From an uncultured Aliarcobacter sp. (GTDB taxonomy: Bacteria; Campylobacterota; Campylobacteria; Campylobacterales; Arcobacteraceae), in NCBI GenBank assembly GCA_963664305.2, contig CAXXLV010000001.1:640001-704000 (forward strand): 64,000 nucleotides of DNA. The letters run 5' to 3'. The notes under the pieces are model-generated. The model searched no databases. It was not told the DNA's origin and saw only the letters and a program-made list of their open reading frames with translations. The position numbers were made by a program, and so were the translations under genes. Within the stretch, counting starts at the first letter, position 1, and each line of letters starts with the position of its first letter. Shown here piece by piece: positions 1 through 14,801 of the stretch.

Positions 1-1644
1 CAAGATTTATGTAAAAGATTAAAACCATCAAATTTTGAGGATGTTATTGCCGTTCTTGCACTTTATAGACCAGGTCCAATGGAATCAGGAATGCTTGATG
101 ACTTTATTGATAGAAAACATGGACGTGCAGAAATTAATTACTTCTATGATGAGTTTGATGGTCCCTTAAGACCAATTCTTGAAACAACTTATGGAGTTAT
201 TGTTTATCAAGAGCAAGTTATGCAGATTGTTCAATCTATTGGAGGTTTCTCACTTGGAGGAGCCGACTTAGTTAGACGGGCAATGGGTAAAAAAATCAAA
301 GAAGAGATGGACAGACTTAAAGGTGAATTTGCAGAGGGAGGAGTAAAAAAAGGCTTTGTAAAAGAGCATTGTGAAGAACTATTTGACCTGATTGTAAAAT
401 TTGCTGGATATGGATTTAATAAATCTCACTCAGCAGCCTATGCACTTGTTACATTTTATACTTCATATTTAAAATGCTATTATCCGGCAGAATTTATGGC
501 TGCACTTCTTACACTTGAAAAAGATAATACTGACAAAGTTGTTAAATATGTTGATGAAGTTAAAAGACTTGGACTTGATTTATTTCCACCTGATATTAAT
601 AAATCAGATTTAGTATTTAGTGCTAAAAAAATTGATGGAAAAGAAGTTGTTATGTTTGGAATGGGTGCCATCAAAGGTGCAGGAGATGTAGCAATAAAAT
701 CTATTTTAAATGCCAGAAATGATGGTCCTTTTACTGATTTAGCTGATTTTATTTCAAGAATTGATGGAAGTAAAGTAAATAAAAGAGTTATTGAATCTCT
801 AACAAAAGCTGGTGCTTTTGATAGTTTTGGATATTCAAGACGTGCACTTCTTGATCAAATTGAAAAAATAGTTGAAACAGTTGGAAAAGCAGCAACTGCA
901 AAAAAAATGGTAACAGGTTCATTATTTGGTGATAGTGATGAATTAACAAAAATTGATATTAAACTTGAACATCTTCCTGAATTTGATGCAAAAGATATTC
1001 TTGAACTTGAAAAAGCATCATTAGGTTTTTATGTTTCTGGACATCCACTTGATGAATATAGAGAACAAATCGATAAAATCAATTATACTTTATCTTCTCA
1101 AATCGATGAACTAGATGACGGAAGCCAAGCTTTATTTGTAGGAAAGATTGAAAATATTACTGAAAAGATATCTAAAAAAGGTAATAAATTTGGAATTGCA
1201 ACAATTATGGATTTCCATGGAACAATAGAACTTATGCTTTTTGAAGATAGATTAAAAGAGTTAAAGGAAGAGTACAATCTAGAAGAACCTATTGCATTTA
1301 AAGTACGAATTTCAAAAGATGAAAATTTTACAAGAATGAATATCTTAAAAATTGAAACTATTTTAGATGCACAAAAAGAGAAAGTAAAAACAAAACAAAA
1401 AGAGATTCAAGAACCACCATTGACTATTGCATTACCTTTTTCAAATGATGAAAATATTATGTATAAACTATTAGAAGTAGTAGTTGAAAATCAAGGAAAA
1501 AGAGAATTAAAACTTCTAATAAAATCAAAATTAGCAGACCTTGAACTTGAAACAGGTTTTAAAGTAACATCAAATATAGAAAATTTAATACATAAAATAG
1601 AAGGAGCCTATATAGTAGATGAAACAGATACTACTAACAAATGA
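1..1644 (+). CDS. dnaE: DNA polymerase III alpha subunit (5'-truncated by the window edge)
   Basis: Frame open from base 1 (…VLALYRPGPM); motifs TYGVIVYQEQVMQ, FAGYGFNKSH, LGFYVSGHPL; C-terminal OB fold. Confidence 0.97.
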   Translation, partial: QDLCKRLKPSNFEDVIAVLALYRPGPMESGMLDDFIDRKHGRAEINYFYDEFDGPLRPILETTYGVIVYQEQVMQIVQSIGGFSLGGADLVRRAMGKKIKEEMDRLKGEFAEGGVKKGFVKEHCEELFDLIVKFAGYGFNKSHSAAYALVTFYTSYLKCYYPAEFMAALLTLEKDNTDKVVKYVDEVKRLGLDLFPPDINKSDLVFSAKKIDGKEVVMFGMGAIKGAGDVAIKSILNARNDGPFTDLADFISRIDGSKVNKRVIESLTKAGAFDSFGYSRRALLDQIEKIVETVGKAATAKKMVTGSLFGDSDELTKIDIKLEHLPEFDAKDILELEKASLGFYVSGHPLDEYREQIDKINYTLSSQIDELDDGSQALFVGKIENITEKISKKGNKFGIATIMDFHGTIELMLFEDRLKELKEEYNLEEPIAFKVRISKDENFTRMNILKIETILDAQKEKVKTKQKEIQEPPLTIALPFSNDENIMYKLLEVVVENQGKRELKLLIKSKLADLELETGFKVTSNIENLIHKIEGAYIVDETDTTNK

Positions 1645-2407
1645 TGATGGATTTGATGCTGTTGGATTAAAAGCATTAATTGAGGCTTTAAGTCCAATTG
1701 CAAGAATCATAGTTGTTGCACCAGCTCGTAATAAATCAGCTTGTGGACACTCTTTAACTTTAGATAAACCACTTAGAATGGATTGTTTAAAAGATGACTT
1801 TTATAAAATAGATGATGGAAGTCCGACTGATTGTGTATTTATTTCTATTAGTAATCTATTTAAAGAAGGTTATAAACCTGATTTAGTAATAAGTGGAATA
1901 AATATTGGTGCAAACATGGGTGAAGATATAACTTACAGTGGAACAGCAGCTGGTGCAATGGAAGCAGTAATTCATGGAGTACCAGCAATTGCAATTTCTC
2001 AAGTTTGCCGTGATAGATGTCAGGACATACAAAATAATTGGGATTTTGAATTAGCAAAAAAGACTATTGTAGAACTTGTTACAAAAATTTTTAATAACAA
2101 TTTTCCATTAGATGAAAGAAAGTTTTTAAATGTTAATATTCCACCAATCAAAGCTAACGAATGTAATGGAATAAAAGTTACAAAAGCTGGATATAGAGAA
2201 TATGGTAATGATACACATAGACATCTAAATCCAAGAGGAGAAGAGTTTTATTGGATTGGTTTGCATCCATTAATTTGGAAAGAATCACAAAAAAAAGATT
2301 GCGACTTTGAAGCAATAAAAGCTAATTATGTATCAATTACACCTATTATGCTTGATATGACTTCTTATAATGATATAAAATCAATAGAAAATTGGTTAAC
2401 TAAATAA
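1619..2407 (+). CDS. surE: 5'/3'-nucleotidase SurE
   Basis: ILLTNDDG, GSPTDC, SGINIGANMG, YSGT motifs. Confidence 0.96.
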   Translation: MKQILLTNDDGFDAVGLKALIEALSPIARIIVVAPARNKSACGHSLTLDKPLRMDCLKDDFYKIDDGSPTDCVFISISNLFKEGYKPDLVISGINIGANMGEDITYSGTAAGAMEAVIHGVPAIAISQVCRDRCQDIQNNWDFELAKKTIVELVTKIFNNNFPLDERKFLNVNIPPIKANECNGIKVTKAGYREYGNDTHRHLNPRGEEFYWIGLHPLIWKESQKKDCDFEAIKANYVSITPIMLDMTSYNDIKSIENWLTK

Positions 2408-2418
2408 AAGGGAATTTT

Positions 2419-2682
2419 ATGAATTTTACAGAATCTTTATTAAAACATATCGATAAACTTGTTGGAATGTTAAGACCAGAAGATGAATTACAAGATGTTT
2501 TAAAAAGGAAATTTACAAAAAAAGAGTATAAAGTTTTTGTAGCTTTTGAAGATGGAAAATCAATTGAGGAGATAAAATCTTTAGTAAAAGAAGATGAAGA
2601 AAAAATCAATGAACATTATAAAGTTGCAAAAAAGAAATTAAATCAAGAAAAATTTAAAAAAGAGTTAGTATCTTTTGAATAA
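2419..2682 (+). CDS. Hypothetical protein, possibly a sigma region-4/LuxR-like HTH
   Basis: 87 aa ORF with RBS (AAGGGA); pattern FTKKEYKVF…GKSIEEI…AKKKL resembles an HTH. Confidence 0.6.
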   Translation: MNFTESLLKHIDKLVGMLRPEDELQDVLKRKFTKKEYKVFVAFEDGKSIEEIKSLVKEDEEKINEHYKVAKKKLNQEKFKKELVSFE

Positions 2683-2692
2683 AGATACTAAC

Positions 2693-2956
2693 TTATAAAA
2701 CCATTTTTATATTAGAGTGATCGCCTAACATTTTAAAAATTTCTTTTCTATCATCTTCATTATGAACTAACATCTCTAATGTATAGCTTTTATATTTACC
2801 TTTACTACTAACTTTAGATTCTTTTACTTTATGTTCTCTATTTGAAATAATCTCAACAACAGTTGTTTTAATATTAATATGTTCTAAAACAATTAATTTG
2901 TATTCCCAATTACATGGATAATCTAACTCTAATTTTTCTTTACTTAAATCTATCAT
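2693..2956 (-). CDS. DUF493/YbeD (HP0495) family protein
   Basis: LDYPCNWEYKLI and SSKGKYKSYT motifs, ends in MVL. Confidence 0.85.
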   Translation of the reverse strand: MIDLSKEKLELDYPCNWEYKLIVLEHINIKTTVVEIISNREHKVKESKVSSKGKYKSYTLEMLVHNEDDRKEIFKMLGDHSNIKMVL

Positions 2957-2958
2957 AT

Positions 2959-3432
2959 TTACTCTCTTATAAAATCTCCACTTTTTCCACCTGATTTACT
3001 TTCTAATTGAATATTAGAAATAATCATTGATTTATCAATTGCTTTAACCATATCATAAATTGTTAATAAACCAATAGATACACCAGTTAATGCTTCCATT
3101 TCAACTCCTGTTTGTCCATTTAGCTTAGCTGTTACAATCAATTTAAATCCTGGTTTACTTGGTTGTTCTTCAATATCACAATTGATACCACTTAATAATA
3201 AAGGATGACACATAGGAATTAAATCAGATGTTTTTTTAACACCCATAATTGCTGCAATTACTGCTGTTTGTAAAACAGGGCCTTTCTTTGTGTTATTTGA
3301 AATTATTGCATCATATGCCTCTTGAGACATTTTTATCTCACCAGAAGCTATTGCAACTCTTTTTGTTTCATTTTTATCTGATACATCAACCATTTTCGGT
3401 CTATTGTTATTATCTAAATGAGTTAATTCCAA
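2959..3432 (-). CDS. moaC: Cyclic pyranopterin monophosphate synthase
   Basis: LTHLD…[33 protein letters not shown]. Confidence 0.97.
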   Translation of the reverse strand: MELTHLDNNNRPKMVDVSDKNETKRVAIASGEIKMSQEAYDAIISNNTKKGPVLQTAVIAAIMGVKKTSDLIPMCHPLLLSGINCDIEEQPSKPGFKLIVTAKLNGQTGVEMEALTGVSIGLLTIYDMVKAIDKSMIISNIQLESKSGGKSGDFIRE

Positions 3433-3542
3433 AATTATCCTTTATATTAAAAGTTTATTTTATTCAAATATAAGTTAAATAAGAATTAAGTAAACTTTAA
3501 ATATAATCAGCTCCTAAATTTAAAAAGAAAGAGGGTGATTAC

Positions 3543-3755
3543 ATGCCTGGTATTAAAGTTAAAGATACTGAATCTTTCGATGAAGCGTATAGAAGATTTA
3601 AAAAGCAATGTGACAGAAACTTAATCGTTACTGAAACAAGAGCTAGAAGATATTTTGAACCTATGACTGAAATCAGAAAAAAACAAAAAATTTCTGCTAG
3701 AAAGAAAATGCTTAAAAGATTATATATGCTTAGAAGATACGAGTCTAGACTGTAG
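3543..3755 (+). CDS. rpsU: 30S ribosomal protein S21
   Basis: MPGIKV…[12 protein letters not shown], basic 70 aa protein. Confidence 0.96.
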   Translation: MPGIKVKDTESFDEAYRRFKKQCDRNLIVTETRARRYFEPMTEIRKKQKISARKKMLKRLYMLRRYESRL

Positions 3756-3773
3756 TATTAAAGCATATCGCTT

Positions 3774-3803
3774 AAAGGTTCGATTTTTATCGAACCTTTT
3801 TTT
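3774..3803 (+). terminator. Rho-independent terminator after rpsU
   Basis: AAAGGTTCGA-loop-TCGAACCTTT followed by a T run. Confidence 0.85.
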
Positions 3804-4085
3804 ATGTCTATATTATCTCCAAATCATCAATGTTTACTAATTTTATCTTTAACATCAATTTATAACTTTTATTTTAATCATTTTATATCCAATCAAAAAA
3901 CACGCAAATAAATCAAGCCGTAAACAAAGAGAAAGCTAAGAAGTATATTTTGAAGTAAGAATACAAATAATTAAAAAAAGAGCCCTTGTAAGCCAATTAT
4001 TGATTAATAAAAGATACTTGTATTATATATTAACAGTAACTCAAACAAGAACTAAAAAAAAGAGATAAGGCGAGAGAAGCGGGGT

Positions 4086-4141
4086 AAAAAAAAAGCTTCT
4101 GCTAAAAAGAACTTAAAGAAGTTCAAATTAGCAAAAGCTTT
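4086..4141 (-). terminator. Probable rrn operon terminator downstream of 5S
   Basis: Interrupted hairpin (AAAGCTT/TGCTAA/GAACTT arms) followed by a T run on the minus strand. Confidence 0.55.
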
Positions 4142-4156
4142 GAAAAAAACTCAAGA

Positions 4157-4272
4157 GCTGGCAGCGGCCTACGTTTCCACCAGGGGACCCGGCAGTATTA
4201 TCGGCGATGAAGTGCTTGACTTCCAGGTTCGGAATGGGACTGGGTATTTCCACTTCTCTATAGCCACCAGCA
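4157..4272 (-). rRNA. rrf: 5S rRNA
   Basis: Reverse complement contains CCCATTCCGAACCTGGAAGTCAAGC…CGCCGATAATAC; ends approximate. Confidence 0.95.
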
Positions 4273-4419
4273 AAGTTGAGTAAAGAAGATATTATAAAAA
4301 ATATACTCTTCACTCAACTCGTTTAGGAGTTAAGAAAAAATAATGTTAAAGTCTTTTCACAATATATACTAAATATAAGAAATATATTTAATAAGATAGT
4401 AAACCAAAGAATTGTTTAA

Positions 4420-7329
<2,910 letters not shown>

Positions 7330-7627
7330 AATAAATAGAGTTAAACTCTATCGCTTTTTGATAATATTCTTTGGCTACTATCTTATTAAACATATTATTT
7401 AAAATATATCCAATAAAATAATGTTGTGTTCTATCTAATTTCTTAGATATGAAATTTTTTTTGTTTTAAATTATTTAACATTTCTGTTATCTAATTCTTA
7501 CGAAAAAATTAAAGACTTTAACATTATATTTTTAAATATCGTTTTGATTTTGAAAATCAAATATAAATTCAATCTCTTATTGAACTTATATTTAACTTTT
7601 AAATCAGATGAACTTATTAGTTATAGG

Positions 7628-7703
7628 TGGTGGAGAATAGCGGGATCGAACCGCTGACCTCCTGCGTGCAAAGCAGGCGCTCTCCCAGCTGAGCTAATTC
7701 CCC
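7628..7703 (-). tRNA. tRNA-Ala(TGC)
   Basis: GGGGAATTAGCTCAGCTGGGAGAGC…TTGCACG…CCA on the minus strand, in the ITS. Confidence 0.96.
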
Positions 7704-7734
7704 AACCTAAATTAATCTTTACTAGATTATTTAA

Positions 7735-7811
7735 TGGTGGGCCTATCAGGACTTGAACCTGAGACCTCACGATTATCAGTCGAGCGCTCTAGCCAGCTGA
7801 GCTATAGGCCC
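7735..7811 (-). tRNA. tRNA-Ile(GAT)
   Basis: GGGCCTATAGCTCAGCTGGCTAGAGC…CTGATAA…CCA on the minus strand, in the ITS. Confidence 0.96.
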
Positions 7812-7892
7812 CTTTACTACCTATTTAAATAATCTTTATAAACCGAATATAAAATCTCTGGAAGTAAGAAACGAATCTTACTTCTCTCTCTG

Positions 7893-9408
<1,516 letters not shown>

Positions 9409-9696
9409 AATTATAGAGTTTTTGAAACTGACAAATTTTATAACTCTTCAATTACAAAATTATCACTCAAATTTTATAGACAAGATTTGTTTTACCAAAT
9501 TTCTTGTTTTTATATTTTTTAACATTTATTCTTATTTTAAATCTAAATAAACATAGATTTTTTATAAGAGTTCTATATTCGGTTTATAAAGATTACTTTA
9601 CAAACTTTCATTCATTTTTAAAGATCATTCCAGACTCGATTGAATCGTATCTCTTCAAGCTTTTCGTTTGAAGCGTTCCAGTCAAATTGGACGGGA

Positions 9697-9725
9697 ATTA
9701 TAATAGATTTTTATCCACTTGTCAA
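9697..9725 (-). promoter_or_regulatory. Sigma70 promoter of the rrn operon
   Basis: Minus strand TTGACA-17 nt-TATAAT, then a GC-rich discriminator (TCCCGTCC). Confidence 0.85.
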
Positions 9726-9949
9726 TACCCTACACCTAAAATGTAGCTTAAATTTTGAAATTTCTGCTCTTTTTTCTCTTTTTACTTGTTTTTTGTGATT
9801 TTTACTTGTTTTTATTAGGGTATTTGTTATTTTATGTTATTTATTAATCATCTATTTACTTTTCTTGTCTAATATATATGCTTAAATATAACTATAATAT
9901 TTCAGAACATATGTTATATTATTAGTAAATTATAAAAAAGGAAAGAAAA

Positions 9950-10651
9950 ATGTATAATAGAGATTATCTATCAAATCAATCATCTCAATATGCACAAGAA
10001 TCATCTCAAGTTCAATTAATGAGCTTTTTAAAAGCAACTTATCAATTATTTGCTGGTTCATTATTAGCAGCAACTGCTGGTGCTTATATTGGATTAGGAA
10101 TTGTTTCTATATTAATGGGACCAATGAAATGGGTTCTTTTTGCAATTGAGCTTGGATTAATATTTTTTGTTATTCCAAGAGTAAAACATACTCCAGGTGT
10201 TAATTTAGCTGTACTATTTGCATTTACATTTATTACAGGATTAACAATTGCTCCTTTATTAGCTTCAATTTTTGCAATGCCTAGTGGTGCATCTATTGTT
10301 GGTCAAGCATTTTTAATGACATCTGTTGCATTCGGTGGAATTTCAATGTTCGCAATGACAACTAAAAGAGATTTTTCTGCTATGGGGAAATTTTTATTTA
10401 TTGCTTTAATCATTATGATTGTTGCTGGTATCTCAAATATCTTCATTCAATCTTCAATGATGCAATTAGCAATTGCAAGTGTTGGTGCATTATTATTCTC
10501 TGCATTCATATTATATGATACACAAAACATTATCAAAGGTAATTATGATTCACCTATTGAAGCAGCATTATCTTTATATTTAGATTTCTTTAATCTATTT
10601 ATTTCATTATTACAAATTCTTGGAATTATGAATAGTGGAGATAGAGAGTAA
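9950..10651 (+). CDS. Bax inhibitor-1/YccA family membrane protein
   Basis: About 7 TM segments; ILYDTQNII and AALSLYLDFFNLF motifs. Confidence 0.92.
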   Translation: MYNRDYLSNQSSQYAQESSQVQLMSFLKATYQLFAGSLLAATAGAYIGLGIVSILMGPMKWVLFAIELGLIFFVIPRVKHTPGVNLAVLFAFTFITGLTIAPLLASIFAMPSGASIVGQAFLMTSVAFGGISMFAMTTKRDFSAMGKFLFIALIIMIVAGISNIFIQSSMMQLAIASVGALLFSAFILYDTQNIIKGNYDSPIEAALSLYLDFFNLFISLLQILGIMNSGDRE

Positions 10652-10676
10652 GACTTTTTGTCTTACTCCATTTTTG

Positions 10677-11078
10677 ATGACAAATACTTTAAGACTTATT
10701 GACGCTAATTTAAATAGATTACGAGAAGGTATTCGAGTAGTTGAAGATATCTTTAGATATATGTACAATGATAAAGAAACTGCTTTAAAATTAAAATCTC
10801 TTAGACATTTAGCAAGATTAGACAACTATATAGAATTACTTGAAACAAGAGATGTAAAAAATGATGTTTTAAGAAGTTCAATAAAAAGTGAACAGAATCG
10901 AACTGATTTATACTCAATATTAATTGCAAATTTTAAAAGAGCGCAAGAAAGTGCTAGAGTTTTAGAAGAATTTACAAAATTAACTTCAATAAAAGATAGT
11001 GAAAATTTCAAATATATAAGATATGAACTTTATAATTTAGAAATTGTTTTAACAAAAATCACTTCAAATTCTAAATAA
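10677..11078 (+). CDS. Stand-alone ThiD2-like domain protein (N-terminal domain of long ThiE proteins)
   Basis: RLIDANLNRLREGIRVVED, ANFKRAQESARVLEE; start moved to ATG 10677. Confidence 0.75.
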   Translation: MTNTLRLIDANLNRLREGIRVVEDIFRYMYNDKETALKLKSLRHLARLDNYIELLETRDVKNDVLRSSIKSEQNRTDLYSILIANFKRAQESARVLEEFTKLTSIKDSENFKYIRYELYNLEIVLTKITSNSK

Positions 11079-11722
11079 TTGTAAGGATACTCTTTATATA
11101 GTTTTTTAGAATCACTATAAGAAAGAGATTTTTCTCCACTTACACCTGATTTTTTTATATAATCAAATAAATCTTTTTTATTATCAAATTCTAATTTATA
11201 TAATATAGTTTCAAATTCACAATTAAAAAATTTTGAAAAAGCATTTTTTATAGAATCTTCATCTAATATAGGTGATTTAGTATTTGTAATTTCCTGAATT
11301 GTTTTAAATGTATTTGATGTAAATAAAACTGCATTAATTTCTTTAGTAATATATGAAAGCTGTTCTATTATTTTTGCTAAATTATTTGACCATTGAAGAG
11401 CTGAAGATGACAATACAATATCATAACTGTCATTTTTAATTTCATTTATAAAGTCTTGTGTATCAAAATTTAAACATTTAACTTCGATATTATCTGCTTT
11501 TGGATGTAATTCACACATTGAAGATGAAGCATCTATTGCTTTATAAAATTCAACTTCCCATGAAATGTGATTAAAAACCTGACCTGAACCACAACCTAAT
11601 TCTAAAATTCTTTTTGGTTGAAATTTTAATTCACGAACAAGAGACTTTGCAACAATTTGTTGAATAATATTATGATTTTTATACTCGTTTGCATATTTTG
11701 AGAATTGATTTTTTACTGACAA
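11030..11722 (-). CDS. BioC-like SAM-dependent methyltransferase
   Basis: FSKYANEY…IQQIVA, ILELGCGSG, SSSALQW, KKSGV. Confidence 0.75.
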   Translation of the reverse strand: MSVKNQFSKYANEYKNHNIIQQIVAKSLVRELKFQPKRILELGCGSGQVFNHISWEVEFYKAIDASSSMCELHPKADNIEVKCLNFDTQDFINEIKNDSYDIVLSSSALQWSNNLAKIIEQLSYITKEINAVLFTSNTFKTIQEITNTKSPILDEDSIKNAFSKFFNCEFETILYKLEFDNKKDLFDYIKKSGVSGEKSLSYSDSKKLYKEYPYNYLEFEVIFVKTISKL

Positions 11723-11829
11723 TTTTACTCTTTATAAAATGACTGAAATCATGTTTTAAAATTCATTTTAACTTAATTTTAATAAGTATTAGATAAAATG
11801 ATTACCATTTTTTAAAAAGGAAATAGATA

Positions 11830-12183
11830 ATGACATCTACACTTTTAATCGTTCAGTTTGTTTTAGCTATCTTATTGACTATAATCATTTTACTTCAAAA
11901 AAGCTCAAGCATTGGTCTTGGAGCATATAGTGGAAGTAATGATTCATTATTTGGTGCTAAAGGTCCAGCAAATTTCTTAACAAAAGCTACAATGGCTTTA
12001 GGATTAGTTTTTGTTATAAATACTGTTGCATTAGGATATTTATATAATCAACAAAGAAATCAAAGTGCTGTTGACTCAATTAAAACTGATTCTTTAATTC
12101 CAGCTACTCCAGTAACAACAACTGGTTCAGCTCCTGCTGCTCCAACAGCCGCTCCTGTTCCAACAGCTCCTGAAAATAAATAA
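11830..12183 (+). CDS. secG: Preprotein translocase subunit SecG
   Basis: ILLQKSSSIGLGAYSG…SLFGAKGPANFLTK; Pro/Ala-rich tail. Confidence 0.93.
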   Translation: MTSTLLIVQFVLAILLTIIILLQKSSSIGLGAYSGSNDSLFGAKGPANFLTKATMALGLVFVINTVALGYLYNQQRNQSAVDSIKTDSLIPATPVTTTGSAPAAPTAAPVPTAPENK

Positions 12184-12201
12184 TACAAAGAATAAAGAAA
12201 T

Positions 12202-13143
12202 ATGAAGTATTTCTTACTTCTTTGTTTATCTTATCTCTATTTAAATGCAAATTCCCATATTTTTGTTTACCATCGATTTGGTGATTCAAAACATGAAAGT
12301 ACAAATACATCTTTACAAGAATTAGAAAAAGAATTTGAATATTTCAAAACTAATAATTATAAAGTAGTAACTGTTTCAAAAATTGTTGAGAAACTAAAGA
12401 ATAAAGAAGAAATACCAGATAATTGGATTGCATTTACAATTGATGATGCCTATAAAAGTTTTTATCAAAATGGTTTAGAATTATTTAAAAGATATAACTA
12501 TCCTTTTACTCTTTTTGTTTATGTTGAAGCTACTCAAAATAAATATCCTGATTTTATGACTTGGGATGAAATAAAAGAAGCTTCAAAATATGGAGAGATT
12601 GAACTTCACTCATATTCACATAAACAACTTGTAAAATTAACTAATGAAGAAATTACTAAAGATACTAATTTAGCATTAGAAATATTTGAAAAGAATTTAG
12701 GATTTAAACCAAAAGCATACTCTTATCCTTATGGTGAATATGATGATAGAGTAAAAAATGAGATAAAAAATTTTGGTTTTGAATATATTATGAATCAAAA
12801 TAATGGTTCAGTAAATGAAAAAAGTGATTTATTCGATTTAAATAGAATAGCACTTGTTGGAAAAATAAATTTAGAAGAGAAGATTAAATATAAAACTCTT
12901 GAAGCAAAGTGGATAGAACCTCAAGTTTATCCAAAAGATGGAATACTAAAACATGTAAAAGTTGAAGTAAATAAAGATATAAAAGATGCAAAATTGTTTA
13001 TATCAACTTATGGATGGCAAGATATCAAAGTTAAAAATGGTATAATAGATATCAAATTAGATAAAAAACTAAATCTAAATAGAAATAGAATAGCTATAAG
13101 TACTGACTATTACACTATTTCAAATAAATTACTAATCAAATAA
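12202..13143 (+). CDS. Polysaccharide deacetylase (CE4) family, exported
   Basis: Signal peptide; YHRF, TIDDAY, HSYSH, YPYGEY motifs. Confidence 0.88.
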   Translation: MKYFLLLCLSYLYLNANSHIFVYHRFGDSKHESTNTSLQELEKEFEYFKTNNYKVVTVSKIVEKLKNKEEIPDNWIAFTIDDAYKSFYQNGLELFKRYNYPFTLFVYVEATQNKYPDFMTWDEIKEASKYGEIELHSYSHKQLVKLTNEEITKDTNLALEIFEKNLGFKPKAYSYPYGEYDDRVKNEIKNFGFEYIMNQNNGSVNEKSDLFDLNRIALVGKINLEEKIKYKTLEAKWIEPQVYPKDGILKHVKVEVNKDIKDAKLFISTYGWQDIKVKNGIIDIKLDKKLNLNRNRIAISTDYYTISNKLLIK

Positions 13144-13153
13144 AGGAGAATAA

Positions 13154-13711
13154 ATGTTAGAAGAAGTATATGCTCAAACTAAAGAACATATGGACAAAGC
13201 TATCGATGCATTAAAAAGAGATTACAAATCTTTAAGAACGGGAAAAGTTAGCACAAATATTTTAGATGGTATTAAAGTTGATTATTATGGAACACCTACT
13301 GATTTAAGTCAAGTTGGTTCTGTTTTAGCACCAGATGCTACAACAATTACTATCAGCCCTTGGGAAAAGAATCTTTTAGGACCAATTGAAAAAGCTATTC
13401 AAACTGCAAATATTGGTGTTAATCCAAATAATGATGGTGTAATTATTAAACTATTCTTCCCACCAATGACTGTTGAACAAAGACAAGAAACAGCTAAACA
13501 AGCTAAAGGTATGACTGATCATGCAAAAGTTGCAATTAGAAATATCAGACAAAACTCTAATACAAAAATCAAAAATCTATTAAAAGATAAAGCAATTACT
13601 GAAGATGAAAGTAAAAAAGCTCAAGATGAAATCCAAAAAATTACTGACTCTTATGTTTCAAAAGCTGATGATACATTCAAAGCTAAAGAAGCTGAAATTT
13701 TAAAAGTATAA
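13154..13711 (+). CDS. frr: Ribosome recycling factor
   Basis: LRTGKVS…[20 protein letters not shown]. Confidence 0.97.
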   Translation: MLEEVYAQTKEHMDKAIDALKRDYKSLRTGKVSTNILDGIKVDYYGTPTDLSQVGSVLAPDATTITISPWEKNLLGPIEKAIQTANIGVNPNNDGVIIKLFFPPMTVEQRQETAKQAKGMTDHAKVAIRNIRQNSNTKIKNLLKDKAITEDESKKAQDEIQKITDSYVSKADDTFKAKEAEILKV

Positions 13712-13713
13712 TT

Positions 13714-14322
13714 ATGAACGTAGAACAAATATATAAAGACGCTTCTGCCCTACTTGAAGGTCACTTTAAATTAAGTAGTGGAAATCATTCAAAATTTTAT
13801 TTACAATCTGCAAAAGTTTTAGAAGATCCTAAAACTGCTAAATTATTAGCTGATGCACTTGCAGAACAAATAAAAAAATCTGGATTAAAAATTGATGCTG
13901 TTTGTTCTCCTGCACTTGGTGGACTAATTGCTGGATTTGCACTTGCAACTGCACTTGATGTAAGATTTATTTTTGCTGAACGAGCTGATGGTGAAATGAC
14001 TATTAGAAGAGGTTTTGAAGTAAAAGAAGGTGAAACTTATATCGTTTGTGAAGATATTATCACAACTGGTGGAAGCGCACTTGAAGCTGCACGTGAAATC
14101 GAAAAAGCTGGTGGAATTGTAGTTGCTTATGCTGCTTTAGCAAATAGAGGTTTCTGTGAAAGAGTTGGAAGTTCTATTGAAAGAAAAGACAACTGTAAAT
14201 TACCTTTAGATAAACCACTTTTTGCTTTAGAAGATTTTGCATTTGAGATGTATTCTCCTGAAGAGTGTCCTATGTGTAAAGAAGGAAGTGTTGCTTACAA
14301 ACCAGGAAGCAGAGGAAACTAA
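13714..14322 (+). CDS. pyrE: Orotate phosphoribosyltransferase
   Basis: [12 protein letters not shown] motif [11 protein letters not shown]. Confidence 0.95.
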   Translation: MNVEQIYKDASALLEGHFKLSSGNHSKFYLQSAKVLEDPKTAKLLADALAEQIKKSGLKIDAVCSPALGGLIAGFALATALDVRFIFAERADGEMTIRRGFEVKEGETYIVCEDIITTGGSALEAAREIEKAGGIVVAYAALANRGFCERVGSSIERKDNCKLPLDKPLFALEDFAFEMYSPEECPMCKEGSVAYKPGSRGN

Positions 14323-14801
14323 TGTCTAAATGGAGAGATGTAAAACATAATAAAGTTCAAAATAAAACAAACGAACTTAAAACTAAATCATTAAAAAGTG
14401 ATTTAACATCTCTTCCTTCTAGATTTAAAGCATTTTTAACAGATGCTTTTTTGATTACAACTCCCATCACATACATTGTTATGTATCTAATTTTAGGTGG
14501 AGGTTCTGCCTTTGCTGAAAATAGAGTTTTAGGTTGGAGTCTGATTTTAGGTGTTAGTGCATTTATAATTATCTTTTTTTGGTATGTAAAATCTCAAACA
14601 CCTGGAATGAAAGCTTATGGAATGAAAATAGTTAATTCTTTAACAAAACAAAGAGTTTCATTTTTTCAAGTTTTTATTAGATATTTTGCAACACTATTTG
14701 CAATTATCTCTTTCTTCTTACTTTTTGTTCCTTATTTCAACAAAGATAAAAAAACTTTTCAAGATATAATTTCTAACACTACTATAATTAACGAAAAATA
14801 A
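14322..14801 (+). CDS. RDD family membrane protein
   Basis: RFKAFLTD, QTPGMKAYG, FQDIIS. Confidence 0.88.
   Translation: MSKWRDVKHNKVQNKTNELKTKSLKSDLTSLPSRFKAFLTDAFLITTPITYIVMYLILGGGSAFAENRVLGWSLILGVSAFIIIFFWYVKSQTPGMKAYGMKIVNSLTKQRVSFFQVFIRYFATLFAIISFFLLFVPYFNKDKKTFQDIISNTTIINEK

Noticed and set aside
1..1644. Possible intein or split in dnaE
   Set aside because: The visible part is continuous DnaE sequence; the missing 5' end is only the window edge.
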